In this document: in pieces, positions 50,090 through 61,821 of the stretch | Layout: each line of letters opens with the position of its first letter | Position numbering within the stretch: position 1 is the first letter of the stretch | DNA from: Caecitellus pseudoparvulus | Lineage: Eukaryota > Protista > Bigyra: Bicosoecida | NCBI GenBank assembly: GCA_965644315.1 | Contig: CBFFRQ010000050.1 | Span: forward strand, 62,001 to 126,000 | Reading direction: 5' to 3' | DNA: 64,000 nucleotides | Program-made: the position numbers and the translations under genes | The notes under the pieces: generated by a model | Seen by the model: only the letters and a program-made list of their open reading frames with translations | What the model was told of the DNA's origin: nothing | The model's database searches: none

Positions 50090-52945
50090 CTAGAACCACG
50101 ACTGTGGAGCGCCGACTGCCGCAATTAGGGACTGGACCTGCTCTTCTGCCGCCTGCAAGCGGGCGGAGAGGGCGGAGGTCGCAGCTTCTGCCTCGACACA
50201 GTTGGCTTCCTGCAGTGTGAGCATGCCGCTCACGGCCTGCTGTACCACCTCAAGCTCGGCGTCGGTCAGCGAGAGCAAGCTATCCCTGCTTGCGAGGAGC
50301 AAGGCAGGCACTCCGTCCGCTGCAAAACCAGTGTTTGCGAGGCGGGTTGCTGCTGGCACTTTCCCGCGTTTGGCAGCCCTCGCTGTGAATGCTTCTGCAG
50401 CCCTTTCAAGGGCTTCACGGCACGCTGCAGCGTACCGCTCGCATGCGACGCCGATGCCTTCGCCAAGGGTTGCTTGCAGACCAAGTTCGCCGCCTCCCCG
50501 GCCTAAATCAAGATCCTGCGCTGCACCACTTTTTGCTGTGCTACCAGTCAGTAAGGAAGGGTCCAGCACGTCAGTGTGCAGGGCTGGGGGTGATTGGCAA
50601 ATGTGCTGGATGGTGAGGGTGCTTCGTGGGGCGGCTTGCACGCTGGCTGGCCAAGCGACACTGAGCATGGCATGGCAGCCAGGGCTGTCTTCAGCATCTG
50701 CTGCAGGATCAGCCATTTCACTGGTCTGTGCCTGTGACCATGGGGTACGCGCTAGCGCCTGGTATGTGGCATCCAGCGGGTGTCTGTTTGTCGTGGACAT
50801 GGAGCCATTGTGAACGAGGGCGACAGAGCCCCAGTACTCGCCAGGAGCTGAGTGGGAGCTGCCACCGGCGAGAAGTGAGGTAGCCTGGGTACTGCACCAT
50901 GATTGGAATGCCTCTTCCTCATCCACCAGGGCGCAAGACTTTGGCACCGGGGCCCGGCTGCACAGTTTCAGCACCCACACACTGCCCAGCTCTAAGCACA
51001 TTGACAGCGGAGTTTGAAGGTATGCGCCGCAAGCCCTAAGAGCATCAAGGCCAGGTGGTGTGAGGGCCACAATGAGCGTGGCCATGCGGCCCTCCACCGG
51101 CGATGTGTACTGCAGAGGAGGCGAGTCAGGGCAAGGAGTGGTGTGGATGCTTTGCTTGCCCGCAACGTGAGACAGGGCGAAACCGTGACGGTAGCAGGTG
51201 TGGACGGCCAAGGTTCCAGTCCATGGACGTGGATCTGACAGGTTGGGCTCACGCGAGGTGCGGGAGTGCAGTTGTGGGGTGTCGGTGGGTACTTTGCATG
51301 GGCTGTGGTGTGGACTTGACTCGGGCAGTGGAGTGCTGACGGCCTCCCTTGGGCCCCCCTCAACCGCAGTTGGTGATCCAAGGAGGAAACCGACACCATC
51401 CATGACGACTTTCGCAGCGGAAGTCATCACATGCAGGACAGAAGGTGGTTCGGCCTCCAGCGGCGGCGGGACATGCGCCTGAGGGGCCGCCGCGGCAGCT
51501 GTGTCCCTCACGTCACTTCCCTCTCTGGCTGCAAGAGCAGCTCGTTCTTTTCGGAAGAGTGACCGGTAGAATTCATCCAGTGGGTGGTGCCACTGCGTCT
51601 CATGGCGAGCACTCTCATGCCAGTAGTATGCGGCTTGTGGACGCTCTGCCAACTCGCGAGGCGACAGCGCACGTTCCCGCTCGGTCAAGTTCACCGCCAC
51701 AGTTGCGCGGTGCCAGCCATCAGGGAGGGGGGCCAGCAGGGCCTCCTCTGCGATCCACATGAGCTGACTGTCCAATGGGGATGATGGGTCCATGCCGAGG
51801 TACAGGGCCATGTTCGCCACCTCGTCTGCGTCAGGATGGCTCTTCATGTATGCGCGAGCGAGTTCTTTCTGGGCGGCCCAAAAAGCCGCTACAGCGCGCT
51901 TCTCCGCTTGGGCAACTGAACTTGATGGAGTGCTTAATAGACTGGCTTGCATCCTCGCAGTTTCTCTCGCTTTCTTAGCCCTGGCATCCACAAGGCGATG
52001 TGCTGAAGTGCGTGTGCCTCGACGTGGCCTGTCTGCTCGTTGCGCTCGGCGCGCCGTCAAAGCGCGAGGAAGGCTCTGTGCACTATCTAGCAGAGGTTGG
52101 CTTGCGAGTATCTTGTGCAGCGGCAGAGGGGGCACCGTCGGAGGTTGGCCGAGCTCGCCATCTGGAACGGAAGCCAGGCCAGGGTCAGGGCGCCGTGCGC
52201 CCTGACCTGTCCTTGCTGCATGCGAGCCGCTACGACCTGGTGGCACCGCTGACAAGGTGCGACTGAACGCCTCCCTTGCTAAGTTCTGTGGACTCAATTC
52301 ATGGTGCTCAGGACTTGGTCCGGCAAAGGCGGCGGCGGCAAGCGCGACGCTGGGCAGCGGCCTGCCCAAGCCTTCTTGCTCTTCCTCCGATGAAGATGAC
52401 GCGGAATCGCTCGTCAGAGTTCCAAGGGCCGAAGAGCTTTCTGACGAAGAAAGCTCGAAGCGCGTGCGCGCTTCGAACTTTGTCAACTCTCCGTCCGATT
52501 CTGGACGCTGCTGCGCAGCCTGTCCAGCGCTTGAGTGGCGCCTTGGTCCTCTTGCAGCGAGCGGAACCAGCTCTGGTGTGACCGGGGCATCAACGGGAGA
52601 TCCACGATAAGGGGTGGCTGATGCACTGGTATCTGCGCTGCCAGGGTTGCTGGGGGGGAGTGGAGCCACCTGGCCTTGCGTTTCGCTTGGCGTAGCTTGC
52701 GCGTGGCGTTGAAAGGAGGGTGGTCCTCTACGCAGCGGTGGTCGGGCTGAGCCAGTTGTGTGGTGCTTGCCCGAGAACCCGTTGAAGGCAGCCAGTGCTC
52801 CACGCCGAGCGTGGCGCTTGCTGTCCCCGGCGCTATGAGCAGGCAGAACTCGCGTGGTGCCTGCCGAAACGCCCAAGTCACAAGGCTGTGCGGAAGGCTC
52901 TTCAAGAGCAGCACCTGGAAGTGGTACCCCTTGGATATTAGCCAT
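50090..52945 (-). CDS. Protein with a CEP164-like WW module
   Basis: ALYLGMDP...DSQLMWIAEEALLAPLPDGW...YYWH....TQWHHPLDEFYRSL. The rest is low-complexity or unknown, and an internal intron is possible. Confidence 0.65.
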   Translation of the reverse strand: MANIQGVPLPGAALEEPSAQPCDLGVSAGTTRVLPAHSAGDSKRHARRGALAAFNGFSGKHHTTGSARPPLRRGPPSFQRHAQATPSETQGQVAPLPPSNPGSADTSASATPYRGSPVDAPVTPELVPLAARGPRRHSSAGQAAQQRPESDGELTKFEARTRFELSSSESSSALGTLTSDSASSSSEEEQEGLGRPLPSVALAAAAFAGPSPEHHELSPQNLAREAFSRTLSAVPPGRSGSHAARTGQGARRPDPGLASVPDGELGQPPTVPPLPLHKILASQPLLDSAQSLPRALTARRAQRADRPRRGTRTSAHRLVDARAKKARETARMQASLLSTPSSSVAQAEKRAVAAFWAAQKELARAYMKSHPDADEVANMALYLGMDPSSPLDSQLMWIAEEALLAPLPDGWHRATVAVNLTERERALSPRELAERPQAAYYWHESARHETQWHHPLDEFYRSLFRKERAALAAREGSDVRDTAAAAAPQAHVPPPLEAEPPSVLHVMTSAAKVVMDGVGFLLGSPTAVEGGPREAVSTPLPESSPHHSPCKVPTDTPQLHSRTSREPNLSDPRPWTGTLAVHTCYRHGFALSHVAGKQSIHTTPCPDSPPLQYTSPVEGRMATLIVALTPPGLDALRACGAYLQTPLSMCLELGSVWVLKLCSRAPVPKSCALVDEEEAFQSWCSTQATSLLAGGSSHSAPGEYWGSVALVHNGSMSTTNRHPLDATYQALARTPWSQAQTSEMADPAADAEDSPGCHAMLSVAWPASVQAAPRSTLTIQHICQSPPALHTDVLDPSLLTGSTAKSGAAQDLDLGRGGGELGLQATLGEGIGVACERYAAACREALERAAEAFTARAAKRGKVPAATRLANTGFAADGVPALLLASRDSLLSLTDAELEVVQQAVSGMLTLQEANCVEAEAATSALSARLQAAEEQVQSLIAAVGAPQSWF

Positions 52946-53212
52946 GGTCTCTGCCCTTCCTGGTTGTAGTTTCCTTGCTCTCCCGCTCTCGTGACCCGAC
53001 AGCAGCTTCGGTGCTGGAGGTGTTCCCCGCACGCCAGAGGGAGAGGTCGAGCAAACTCCACAACTCCATGGTGAAGGCGGTGGAAGGGATGTGGAATGCG
53101 CCCAACACTGCGCCCAGGCACCCCAAGTTGTGAGCGAAGCGTACGCTCAGGGGGGTGTTTGAGAGATCTGTAACGTGGACTGTTGCAGCCTGTCTCCTTT
53201 CGAGCACATGCC

Positions 53213-55330
53213 ATGGCGAGGCAGCGCAGGCGCGCCAGCCCTGGCTTTCATGTGTGCGGAGTGCACCCGCTGTGGCCCCTCCTTGCCGCTGCGGTGGTCT
53301 TGTCCTGCATTTTCTTTACGCGAGTGTCCACCGGCCACGAGCTGCGAGTGACCGCCGGGCGCTACCAGCTGTCCATTCGAGGTCCAGCCGGGGCGAGTGA
53401 AGGGTCCCCTGGTCGTGCAGGGGAAGTGGAACGACCGAAGGAAGACGAGGAATCTGCAGTGGACCGCACCGCTCCGCCACGCGTTGCTCCTGGAGATGGG
53501 AGGCAAGTGCCAAGTGTACCGCCTGCGGAAATTGATGTGCCGGGACAGCCAGCGGCCAAAGGCGGCAACGAGCCGGAGAAGAAGATGGGGGTAGAGACGG
53601 GAGTATTGCCATCGTACATGACCACTGGAACAAGCGAAGCCTTGCAGCTGGATTGGAAGGCAGCTCTGCAGAGTGCCTTCAGTGGGCCATCGGTGCCGCT
53701 GACCCTTCCAGCGCCTGCAGCACTTGACTTGCATAGTGGCATCCTGTCGCTGCTGCGCGTGCAGAAGACGGCCAGCAAGACAGTGCAGGCAATCTTAATG
53801 TGGATGGCGGCAGACGCGATTGGAGGATCCAAGCGCAAGACGCGCAATGCCTGTGCTTGCAGCTACTTTTCAACGTCAGACGTGCCGGTGGCGGCAGAGG
53901 TGGAGGCTGCGTATCAGGCGGCTGACGCCGAGGGCAAGCTGGCCCTGGCGGCCAGCCCCTTCAAGGACTCACTCGGCGAGCCGGTGGTAGGCAAGCGCCC
54001 TTGGCCCGCTGAGCTGGGCTCGCGTTGGTACAAGGGCGCCCAACTGCCAGGTCGCCCCGAGCGCGCCTGTGCCAACTTTGATCCCCCCGCTCTTGCGACG
54101 AAGCACACGCACTGCCCGTTCATCCACGCCCAGCACCTGCACATGGGCGACCTGGAGGGCGCCGTCGCCAGTCTGCGCGGGAAGGGCGGCGAGGCACACC
54201 AGATCGTGGCTGTCGTCCGGCACCCTCTGCGCCGTGTGCTGTCCGAGTTCAAGCACGTGGCGAACAACGGGCCGGGGCTGTGGGACTACTGCCACAACGT
54301 GACCGTCACGCAGCGCCTGCGCACTGGGTGGCAGACGAAGGACCGCGCGCGGGGCGTGCTGGCGGACTTCTTGGCGGTGGACGCCCACGCCTTCGGCATG
54401 CGCAACCGGCAGGCCAAGATGCTGTCTGGCCTCGTCACAGAGCCGCCGAGGCCCCTGCCTCAGGCGACCTGGGAGGGGTACACCGCGGGGGGCGCAGACT
54501 CGGACGGTTTGGCACCTCCAGGGGCGGTGCAGTCACCCGGGCAGCCAGGCCAGGCGTACGTGGCTTGGGCGGCAGACGCCTTGGCGCTGGCTCGATGGCG
54601 CCTATCCACTGCTGGCGCGGTGCTGGTGTCGGAGCGCCTGGCAGAGTCCCTGGCTGTCATGATGGTGCGGTACAAGTGGCTGCCGTTGGTGTCGGACGTG
54701 ACACCGGGAACCCCCCGAGGGCCCATCGTGGAGGACCCCGAGGCGGATGCGCTCCGAGCCCTGGAGCGCATGCGGGATGAGACGCCAGACCAGTTCAAGC
54801 GTGATGAAAGGCACCGATACACGCTGGGGCTGGAGCGCGCTGGGCACCACTTTGACTACTCAGTTCACGTGGACTTCTCTTCCTGTCCAGACAGACTGAA
54901 GGCGGCGGCGGCTGCTGCAGGCACGTGGCCCGCCGCGTGGGGCGAGGAGGGGTATGAGGCACCAGAGGAGGCGCCTGCGCCCCCGGGTCAGGGCGAGGTG
55001 CCGAGTGACCTGGCAGGGTTGCCGGAGGTCAAGGCCAAGCTGACCAGCTGGGGCGTGCTGATGTGCCTGGGGTCGGCCATGGCGGAGGACATGCGTGGCA
55101 TGGACGTGTCAGACAAGCGCAAGCTGCCCTTTGAAGCGGAGGGCAAGCTGAAGGACAGGCTACTCAGCTTGAACGAGCTGGATGTGGCTGTGCACGCCCA
55201 CGCCCTGCGGCTGCTGGAGACCAGGGTGCAAGCCGCGAAGCGATTCCTAGCTGATGACCCCGGCTGGCTACCGGGTGCGTTGGAGTTTGGCAATGATCCT
55301 GCGCCGCCAATTCGCCCGCAGGATGAATGA
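53213..55330 (+). CDS. Type II membrane sulfotransferase, heparan-sulfate 6-O-sulfotransferase-like
   Basis: N-terminal TM. 5'-PSB-like LRVQKTASKT, 3'-PB-like VRHPLRRVLSEF.H, plus NRQAKML and LNELD. Confidence 0.75.
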   Translation: MARQRRRASPGFHVCGVHPLWPLLAAAVVLSCIFFTRVSTGHELRVTAGRYQLSIRGPAGASEGSPGRAGEVERPKEDEESAVDRTAPPRVAPGDGRQVPSVPPAEIDVPGQPAAKGGNEPEKKMGVETGVLPSYMTTGTSEALQLDWKAALQSAFSGPSVPLTLPAPAALDLHSGILSLLRVQKTASKTVQAILMWMAADAIGGSKRKTRNACACSYFSTSDVPVAAEVEAAYQAADAEGKLALAASPFKDSLGEPVVGKRPWPAELGSRWYKGAQLPGRPERACANFDPPALATKHTHCPFIHAQHLHMGDLEGAVASLRGKGGEAHQIVAVVRHPLRRVLSEFKHVANNGPGLWDYCHNVTVTQRLRTGWQTKDRARGVLADFLAVDAHAFGMRNRQAKMLSGLVTEPPRPLPQATWEGYTAGGADSDGLAPPGAVQSPGQPGQAYVAWAADALALARWRLSTAGAVLVSERLAESLAVMMVRYKWLPLVSDVTPGTPRGPIVEDPEADALRALERMRDETPDQFKRDERHRYTLGLERAGHHFDYSVHVDFSSCPDRLKAAAAAAGTWPAAWGEEGYEAPEEAPAPPGQGEVPSDLAGLPEVKAKLTSWGVLMCLGSAMAEDMRGMDVSDKRKLPFEAEGKLKDRLLSLNELDVAVHAHALRLLETRVQAAKRFLADDPGWLPGALEFGNDPAPPIRPQDE

Positions 55331-55443
55331 GGGCGCGATGGATTTGAATGTAGTCTGTGTCAGCCTTGAACAAGCTGTGGTGCGGCACTGCCAGTGCTCT
55401 GTGCGGACTTGCATTGGTGGTGCTGTGCGGAAATTGCTTCACC

Positions 55444-56538
55444 ATGCTCAGCGCCTGCTCCAGGCAGCTGCCAGCGTGCTTGCAACAGGGGATCCCAGGA
55501 CGAGCAACAGTGGCCAGAAGTAGCGGGGCGGCAGTGCTGCATCTGCGTCATGCCTTCCGAACCAAGGCCCTGCAGCACTCACGGGCGTGTTTGGGCAGGC
55601 TGTACTCCCAACAACACGCCGTCACCTTCCTGCCCGTGCAACGGCGGACATCAGCGCGTACGGTGCTGCTCGAGGAGCTCCTCTTCTGTATACTAGCCTC
55701 CCCCTTCGTTTTCTGGCTGTTCGCGCCGCGGGTGGAGGTCCCCGTCACTGGCCGCAGGCAAATCATGGCGCTGCCGCTGGGCTGGGATCACGCCATGGGC
55801 GAGGCGCTGGCAGAGTCCGCCCGTCGCGAGGCACACTTTGCTGCAGACCACGCACACCACAAGCTTGTCGTAAAGGTGGCCCGTCAACTAGCTGCGGAGG
55901 CAGACGCGATGGGCATGGGCATCACATGGCGGCTGGTCGTCGTCCCCAACGCCGAGAAGAACGCCTCCTGCGCCCCTGGCGGCCACATCACCGTGCACGA
56001 GGGCCTGCTGGACTGGATCGAGAAGGAGGTGCAAGAGGGCACCTTTGCGGACATGGAGGCGCCCCTGGCTGCAGTGCTGGCGCACGAGATGGGCCACGCC
56101 CTGGCACGGCATGGGGCGGAGCGCCTCTCCTTCCTGCCCTTCTTCGCTCCTCTGGCCATGCTCAGCGCCTCCTCGCCCCTGCTGCCACAGCTGGTGTCTC
56201 TCTTCCTCAGCCTGCCGCACTCCCGCCTGTCCGAGGCGGAGGCTGACGAAATCGGTTTCTACCTCTTTGCACGCGGCACGCGCTTCGACCTCGAAGCGTA
56301 CCCGCTCGTCTTCTCGGCGCTCTGTGGCGATGCGCCGTCGGCGGCGTGGCTGGACACGCACCCCTCTGGCCCACAGCGCCGTGCGGCGACGGCGCTGCTG
56401 TTGCCTGCCATGCGGGAGGAGCGGGAGCTGGCGTTGCAGGGGGTCACGACACACTCCCCAGTGCCGCGCGAGTCGGCTTGGGTGGCGCAGCTGTTTGGGG
56501 GCTTCCCCGATGATCCCCAGGGCGAGCAGCCCAGTTGA
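55444..56538 (+). CDS. M48 family zinc metalloprotease, OMA1-like
   Basis: VP.TGRRQ, NASCAPGG.I.V..GLL, LAAVLAHEMGH, SRLSEAEADEIG and WLDTHP. Confidence 0.88.
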   Translation: MLSACSRQLPACLQQGIPGRATVARSSGAAVLHLRHAFRTKALQHSRACLGRLYSQQHAVTFLPVQRRTSARTVLLEELLFCILASPFVFWLFAPRVEVPVTGRRQIMALPLGWDHAMGEALAESARREAHFAADHAHHKLVVKVARQLAAEADAMGMGITWRLVVVPNAEKNASCAPGGHITVHEGLLDWIEKEVQEGTFADMEAPLAAVLAHEMGHALARHGAERLSFLPFFAPLAMLSASSPLLPQLVSLFLSLPHSRLSEAEADEIGFYLFARGTRFDLEAYPLVFSALCGDAPSAAWLDTHPSGPQRRAATALLLPAMREERELALQGVTTHSPVPRESAWVAQLFGGFPDDPQGEQPS

Positions 56539-56752
56539 CTGTGTTTCTTACGTTCCACGGCACTGCCCAGCGGAGGGGGGGCGTGGGCTGCTTCGCCACG
56601 CAGAGCAGTGTCCGGGTCAGCGCACAATTCAAATGCACACACATCCACGGTCTGCTGCGAGGCGTAGTACAAGCTACGCAACATCGGCAACCCATCCGTC
56701 GCATCGTCCTGAAAGCCGCGGGCGTGGAGCAGCATCTCTGCCAGAGCTTGAC

Positions 56753-59543
56753 ATGGCCGCTTGTGCTGCTCGCCACGCCAGCAGGGCATGGGCACCGCTG
56801 GGACGGCGGGTGGCAGCCAGTGTTCGGGGCATGGCGAGCACATCCCAGGTGCGGGCAGGCCACGAGGTGGACGTGCCTGCGCTGGTCGCCTACCTCGCCC
56901 AGCACGTGCCTCGCATCGCCTGGGAGGGCGTGACGCTGAAGCAGTTCACGTTCGGGCAGAGCAACCCAACGTACTTGCTGCAGACGGTGGACGGCAAGCG
57001 CATCGTGCTGCGCAAGCAGCCTCCTGGCAAGTTGCTGCGGGGGGCGCACGCTGTGGACCGCGAGTTTGCAGTCATGTCGGCACTGCATGGCATCGTGCCA
57101 GTGCCCAGTCCGCTGCACCTGTGCGAGGACACGAGCCTGCTTGGCACGAAGTTCTTCCTGTACACCTTCGTGGAGGGGCAGCACCACGGGGACACCATTG
57201 CAGGGTCGCTGACAGGCCGGCAACGCGCGACAGCCCTGCACTCCATGGCCGAGACACTCGCAGCGTGAGTGCAGCGAAGAGCCAGTGCAGCCCTGCGCGC
57301 GCACGCAGCATGGGCGTGTCCATCACAGGATTCACTGTGTGGACCCCACAGCAGTGAACATGCAATCGTTCGGTTCCAAGCCCGAGCTGTTCGTGGGGAG
57401 GCAGGTGAAGGTGAGGCTGCGCTGCGGATTTTGACCTCACCCCGCCGAGTCTCCACACCCCTCTTGCGCCCTGTTGCAGGTGTGGACGGCACAGTACAAC
57501 GCTTCAGCGACAGGTGACACTGCCATGATGGACGGTCTGGGGCAGTACTTGGCGTCTGTTGTCCCTGGTGGGTTCCTGGACGACGGCCAAGGGCCGCCCA
57601 CATCTGCCAGCATCGTGCATGGCGACTACACGTTGGGGAACTGCGTCCTGCACCCTGAGGCACACACTGTGGCGGGAGTGCTGGACTGGGAGCTGTCCAC
57701 ACTGGGCCACCCCCTCCTTGACCTCGCACACAATGCCCTGCCCTTCTACATTCCGCACACACCTGGCCAAGCCATCACGGGGTACCCGAAGGACGCCAAC
57801 GGCCGCCCGACGCTGGAGGGCATTCCCAGCACCTCGGAGTACCTGCAGTGGTACTTGAACGCGGTGTCTGTGCAGTGCGCCGGCACCATGGGCTGTGGCA
57901 TGCAGCGCAGCATCGCCGTGGACGCGGGGGACGCCGCGCCGCGGCACTGGGACTTCTTCGTCGCCCTCGCAAGCTTCCGCGCGGCTGCCATCCTGCAGGG
58001 CGTGTACAAGCGGGCCCAGCAGGGGAACGCCTCGGCAGCCAACGCCGCCTCCGTCGGCCAGCTGGCAGCCACGTTTGCAGAGGTGGGGGCAGAGCGGGCG
58101 GCGGCCCACAAGGCGGCAGGCATGCCTCGACGTGTGCCTGTGAAGGGGGCGGCTGTGCCGGATGCTGCAGATGGCTCAGGCGGCCCTGGGGCCAGTCATG
58201 CGGTGCACCAGCAGCGCAGTGCGGAAGAGACGCTGTGTGCTGTGCAGAGCTTCATGGCAGAGCACGTCTTGCCAGCTGAGCAGACGATCCTGCACCATGG
58301 CTATTCCAAGCTGGTCGCATGTGACGGCCAGCACGCCCACCCGCAGCTGGAGGATCTCAAGGCCAAAGCGCGAGAGGCGGGGCTGTGGAACTTGTTTCTC
58401 CCCCCCGCCGCCCTGCAGCGCGTGCAGGTGACGTTCAACGACCTGCCTCACAGCACGCAGTCGGAGCTGGGGCTGGGCGTGGGGGGGTCAGGGCCCGTGC
58501 AGGTCGCGCCCGGCTTCACCAACGCCCAGTACGCCAGCATGGCGGAGGCCATGGGGCAGAGCCTCGTGGGGCCCGAGGTCTTCAACTGCAGTGCCCCGGA
58601 CACGGGGAACATGGAGGTGCTGGCCATGTACGGCAGCCGTGCACAACAAGAGCAGTGGCTGCTGCCGCTGCTGGCAGGCACCATCCGCAGCTGCTTCGGC
58701 ATGACGGAGCCTGCTGTGGCGTCCTGCGACGCGACGAACATGCAGGCGACGGTGCGGCAGCAGGGCGACGGGTCCCTGCTCCTGAACGGCCGCAAGTGGT
58801 GGACCAGCGGGGGCTCTGACCCCCGCGCTGCCTTCATGATTTTCATGGGGTTGGCGGAAGAGGCGGTGGCCGCCGGCGCCCCGCCCCACGCTCGGCACAG
58901 CATGGTCATCGTGCCCATGGACGCGCCAGGCGTGCGTGTGGAGCGTGCGCTGCCGGTGTTCGGCTACGACGACGCCCCCCATGGGCATGTGGAGGTGGTG
59001 CTGGACAATGTCGTGGTGCCTGCTGACAACCTTCTCCTGGGCTCTGGGCGAGGCTTTGAGATCGCACAGGGTCGACTGGGGCCTGGGCGCATCCACCACT
59101 GCATGCGCCTCATCGGCGCTGCAGAGCGCGCTGTTCGACTGGCGGCCCAGCGTGCCACGACTCGTGTGGCATTTGGCAGCCCCATCGCCGACAAGGGCGC
59201 CTTCCGGCAGGCACTTGCGTCGGCGAGGTGCAAGGTGGACCAGGCACGCCTGCTGACGCTGGCTGCGGCAGAGGGCGTGGACGCGGGCGGCGCAAAGAGC
59301 GCAGCCCGCCTCATCTCCCAGATCAAGGCAGTGGCGCCCACCATGGCGTGCGAGGTGCTGGACTGGGCCATGCAGGTGCACGGTGGGGCGGGCGTGTCCA
59401 ATGACACGCCGCTGGCGCACCTGTACGCTGCCGCGCGAGCGCTGCGCCTGGCGGACGGCCCTGACGAGGTGCACTTGGAGAGCATCGCCAAGCTGGAGCT
59501 GCGGGAGGCTGCAGCTCGCCAGGCGGCAGCTGAGCGCCGGTGA
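56753..59543 (+). CDS. Acyl-CoA dehydrogenase ACAD10/11 type (APH-kinase-like + ACAD fusion)
   Basis: [60 protein letters not shown] and [11 protein letters not shown]. Introns 57265-57328 and 57411-57479. Confidence 0.93.
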
Positions 59544-59587
59544 GGCAGGCACAAATGCATTGGAGAGTCAGCCCGGGGAGGGCCGCG

Positions 59588-59935
59588 TCACACGTAGATG
59601 CCAGCCCACAGCGCCAGGAACAGAGAACCAAAGCCCAGCAGGCCTGAGGCCGCAGCAGCTGCCAGCACCTCCCGGATGAAGCTGGGCTCCTTCACCGTCA
59701 CCGTCTCGCCCGTGGCAGTGGACGTGTCTGTGGCCTTCTTCGTGGTCGTGACTGTCGTTCCGAAGAAGTAGAAGGCTGTGAAGGCGAATCCACCCGCAAG
59801 CAAGATGACGGCCAGGGGCAGCCACAGCGCTGGCGGGACAGGGCTTGAGTACGGCGTTTGCTGCGGGGGCACGTGGCGGTGGTTGGCGTGCCAAAATCCG
59901 CAGGCGACGCCAGCGGCCGCCTAACTCACGTCCAT
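59588..59935 (-). CDS. TMEM258: Oligosaccharyltransferase small subunit TMEM258/OST5
   Basis: Two-codon first exon (ATG GAC), intron 59861-59929. YSSPV...two TMs...ASGLLGFGSLFLALWAGIYV. Confidence 0.85.
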
Positions 59936-60222
59936 GACGAGGCGTTGGGAGGAAAACTGAGCGCAGCAAACGATGTCACGCTAGTGGTGTGAGCGGAAGA
60001 GCTTGAGCTGGCGGGAGACCTGTCGGAGGGCCAGGTGCAGTCCCAACTGGTGCTTGCAGGCTGGCTGCGGTGCCGAAATCGCAGACCAATGCTGCCGCGG
60101 CCCACTGAGAAGCATTCGCGCGCGGGCAGGGCACTGAACAAGAGAAATACATTGTGTGTGTGGCATCCCCCCGTGGCTGTCATGCCCTTCACGTGCGGGG
60201 CTGTGAGGGGGGGCACACCGCG

Positions 60223-61695
60223 CTACTTGGTGATGCGGATCAGGCCAGCCTCCTGCAGCTTCAGCAAGTTCTCCCTCACTGTGGGGTTGCGCATGTACAT
60301 GCCCAGTCGCTGGGGCTGCTGCCTGCACTCCTCCAGGACTCGCTGCATGGCCGGATCCATGAGCAGCTGCAGCACCGCCGGGTCGCTGAGCACTTGTGCC
60401 ACCTCTGCGTCGTCTTTGGCGATGTCCCCCCTCCGTGCCGCCTGCGCCATAGCCTCTGCCTGCTTCTTGCGCTTCTCCGCGTCCATGCTGGTGAACTCAG
60501 CAGGCGCCGTGCCTGGCTGTGGCGCTTGTGTTCGCTTGGTGGCGCGCGCAGTCATGCCGATGCCCGGGTCAGGGGCAGTGGAAGGGGCTGGGGCGGCGGC
60601 TGCCCCCCCGCTGGAGGCCTTCTCTGCCTCGCCCAGCTTCGTGAAGTGGTCCCCCATGATGCCAAAGAACTCAGTGAGGAAGTCCCGGATCAGTCTGCGC
60701 GGCTCTCGCGAGGGGGCGACTCTGCAGCAGGGGAGGACTCGCTGGGCGGCAGGCGCGGAACGCACGGGTCAGCGGCGTACTTCGCCATGGCAGCCTCTGG
60801 CTTCGCCTGGAACTCCTGCAGAGCGGCCATGCACCTGCGCAACGCGGAAAAGGGGCAGAGTGCGCAGACTGCGCCAGGGCATGCGGTGGGGGCGGGGTAG
60901 CGCTGCACGCACTTGGGGTTGGACATGCCGGCCATGAGGCGGGGGTTGGAGAAGATGCGCTGCTGCAAGTCGGGGGTCATCCAGCTCCCACTGGCCAGCT
61001 GCTCTCCAAAGGCGCCCAGTTTCTCCTTCATGGCTGCTTGCACCTCCGGCATGGCCAGCCCAGCCTTGCTTGCCTCGGGGCTGGCACGCAGAGTGGGCAC
61101 AGCTGGCGCGGGGGCGGGGGGCGGCGCGTCGGGGACGTCGAACGTCCCGTCGGCGCCCACCTCCACCACCCCAGGCTCAGCAACTGAGGGTGGCGTTGTG
61201 GGCTGCTTGGCGGCGCTGCTTGGCGTCGACGCTGGCGCTGGCGCTGGCTTGGCCGCTGCAGGCTTGGCCTGGGTTTTGGTCGGCTTGGAGAGCAGGAATC
61301 CCTTCTTGAATCCAGTCGCGAAGGATGTCTCTGCATCCTTGGCACGCTCAGCCCTTGCAGCCGCATCGTCTTCATCCTTGCTAGCGAATGCAGCGTCCAT
61401 CATCTGCTGCAGGACGCTGTTGACCCCCGCATCCTCAGCTGCGTGAACGCGTGAGGGAGCGAGGTGATTTCCGCAGCTGCCCCGCCTCCTTCCGCAAAGC
61501 CTAGGGGCTCACCAGCTGGACCATGCGCACGCTTTTCCCAGTATTCTTCAGCAACTGCATGCATACGCTTGCCTGCAGGATTCAGCTTGGACAGATCCTC
61601 GCCGGCTGTGAAGGAGGGCGAAAGCAAAGCGTCATGTCCGTTGCGTCTGGCTTGCAACGCCAGGCACACGTACCTGACTTCGACGAGGCTGCCAT
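60223..61695 (-). CDS. STI1/DP-repeat domain co-chaperone-like protein, multi-exon
   Basis: WMTPDL..RI.SNPRL..GMSNP...ALQEFQ.KP and VLSDP...LLMDP.MQRVLEEC...P......NP....L.KL.EAGLI. ATG at 61695 is followed by GT-AG introns. Confidence 0.75.
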
Positions 61696-61821
61696 GTTGG
61701 CGGAGCTTGCCAGGCAACAGCGCCAGAACAGCAAGGCACAGTCTAAAGAACTCGATACATTTCATACCATTCCCACCTCACGACGTCTGCGTTTTGTGTT
61801 CAGCCAGGAGTGTGCTTGGCT

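Noticed and set aside
49013-50124. ORFs 49013-50041(+) and 49519-50124(-)
   Set aside because: No recognisable motifs, and both overlap the better-supported JHY-like gene.
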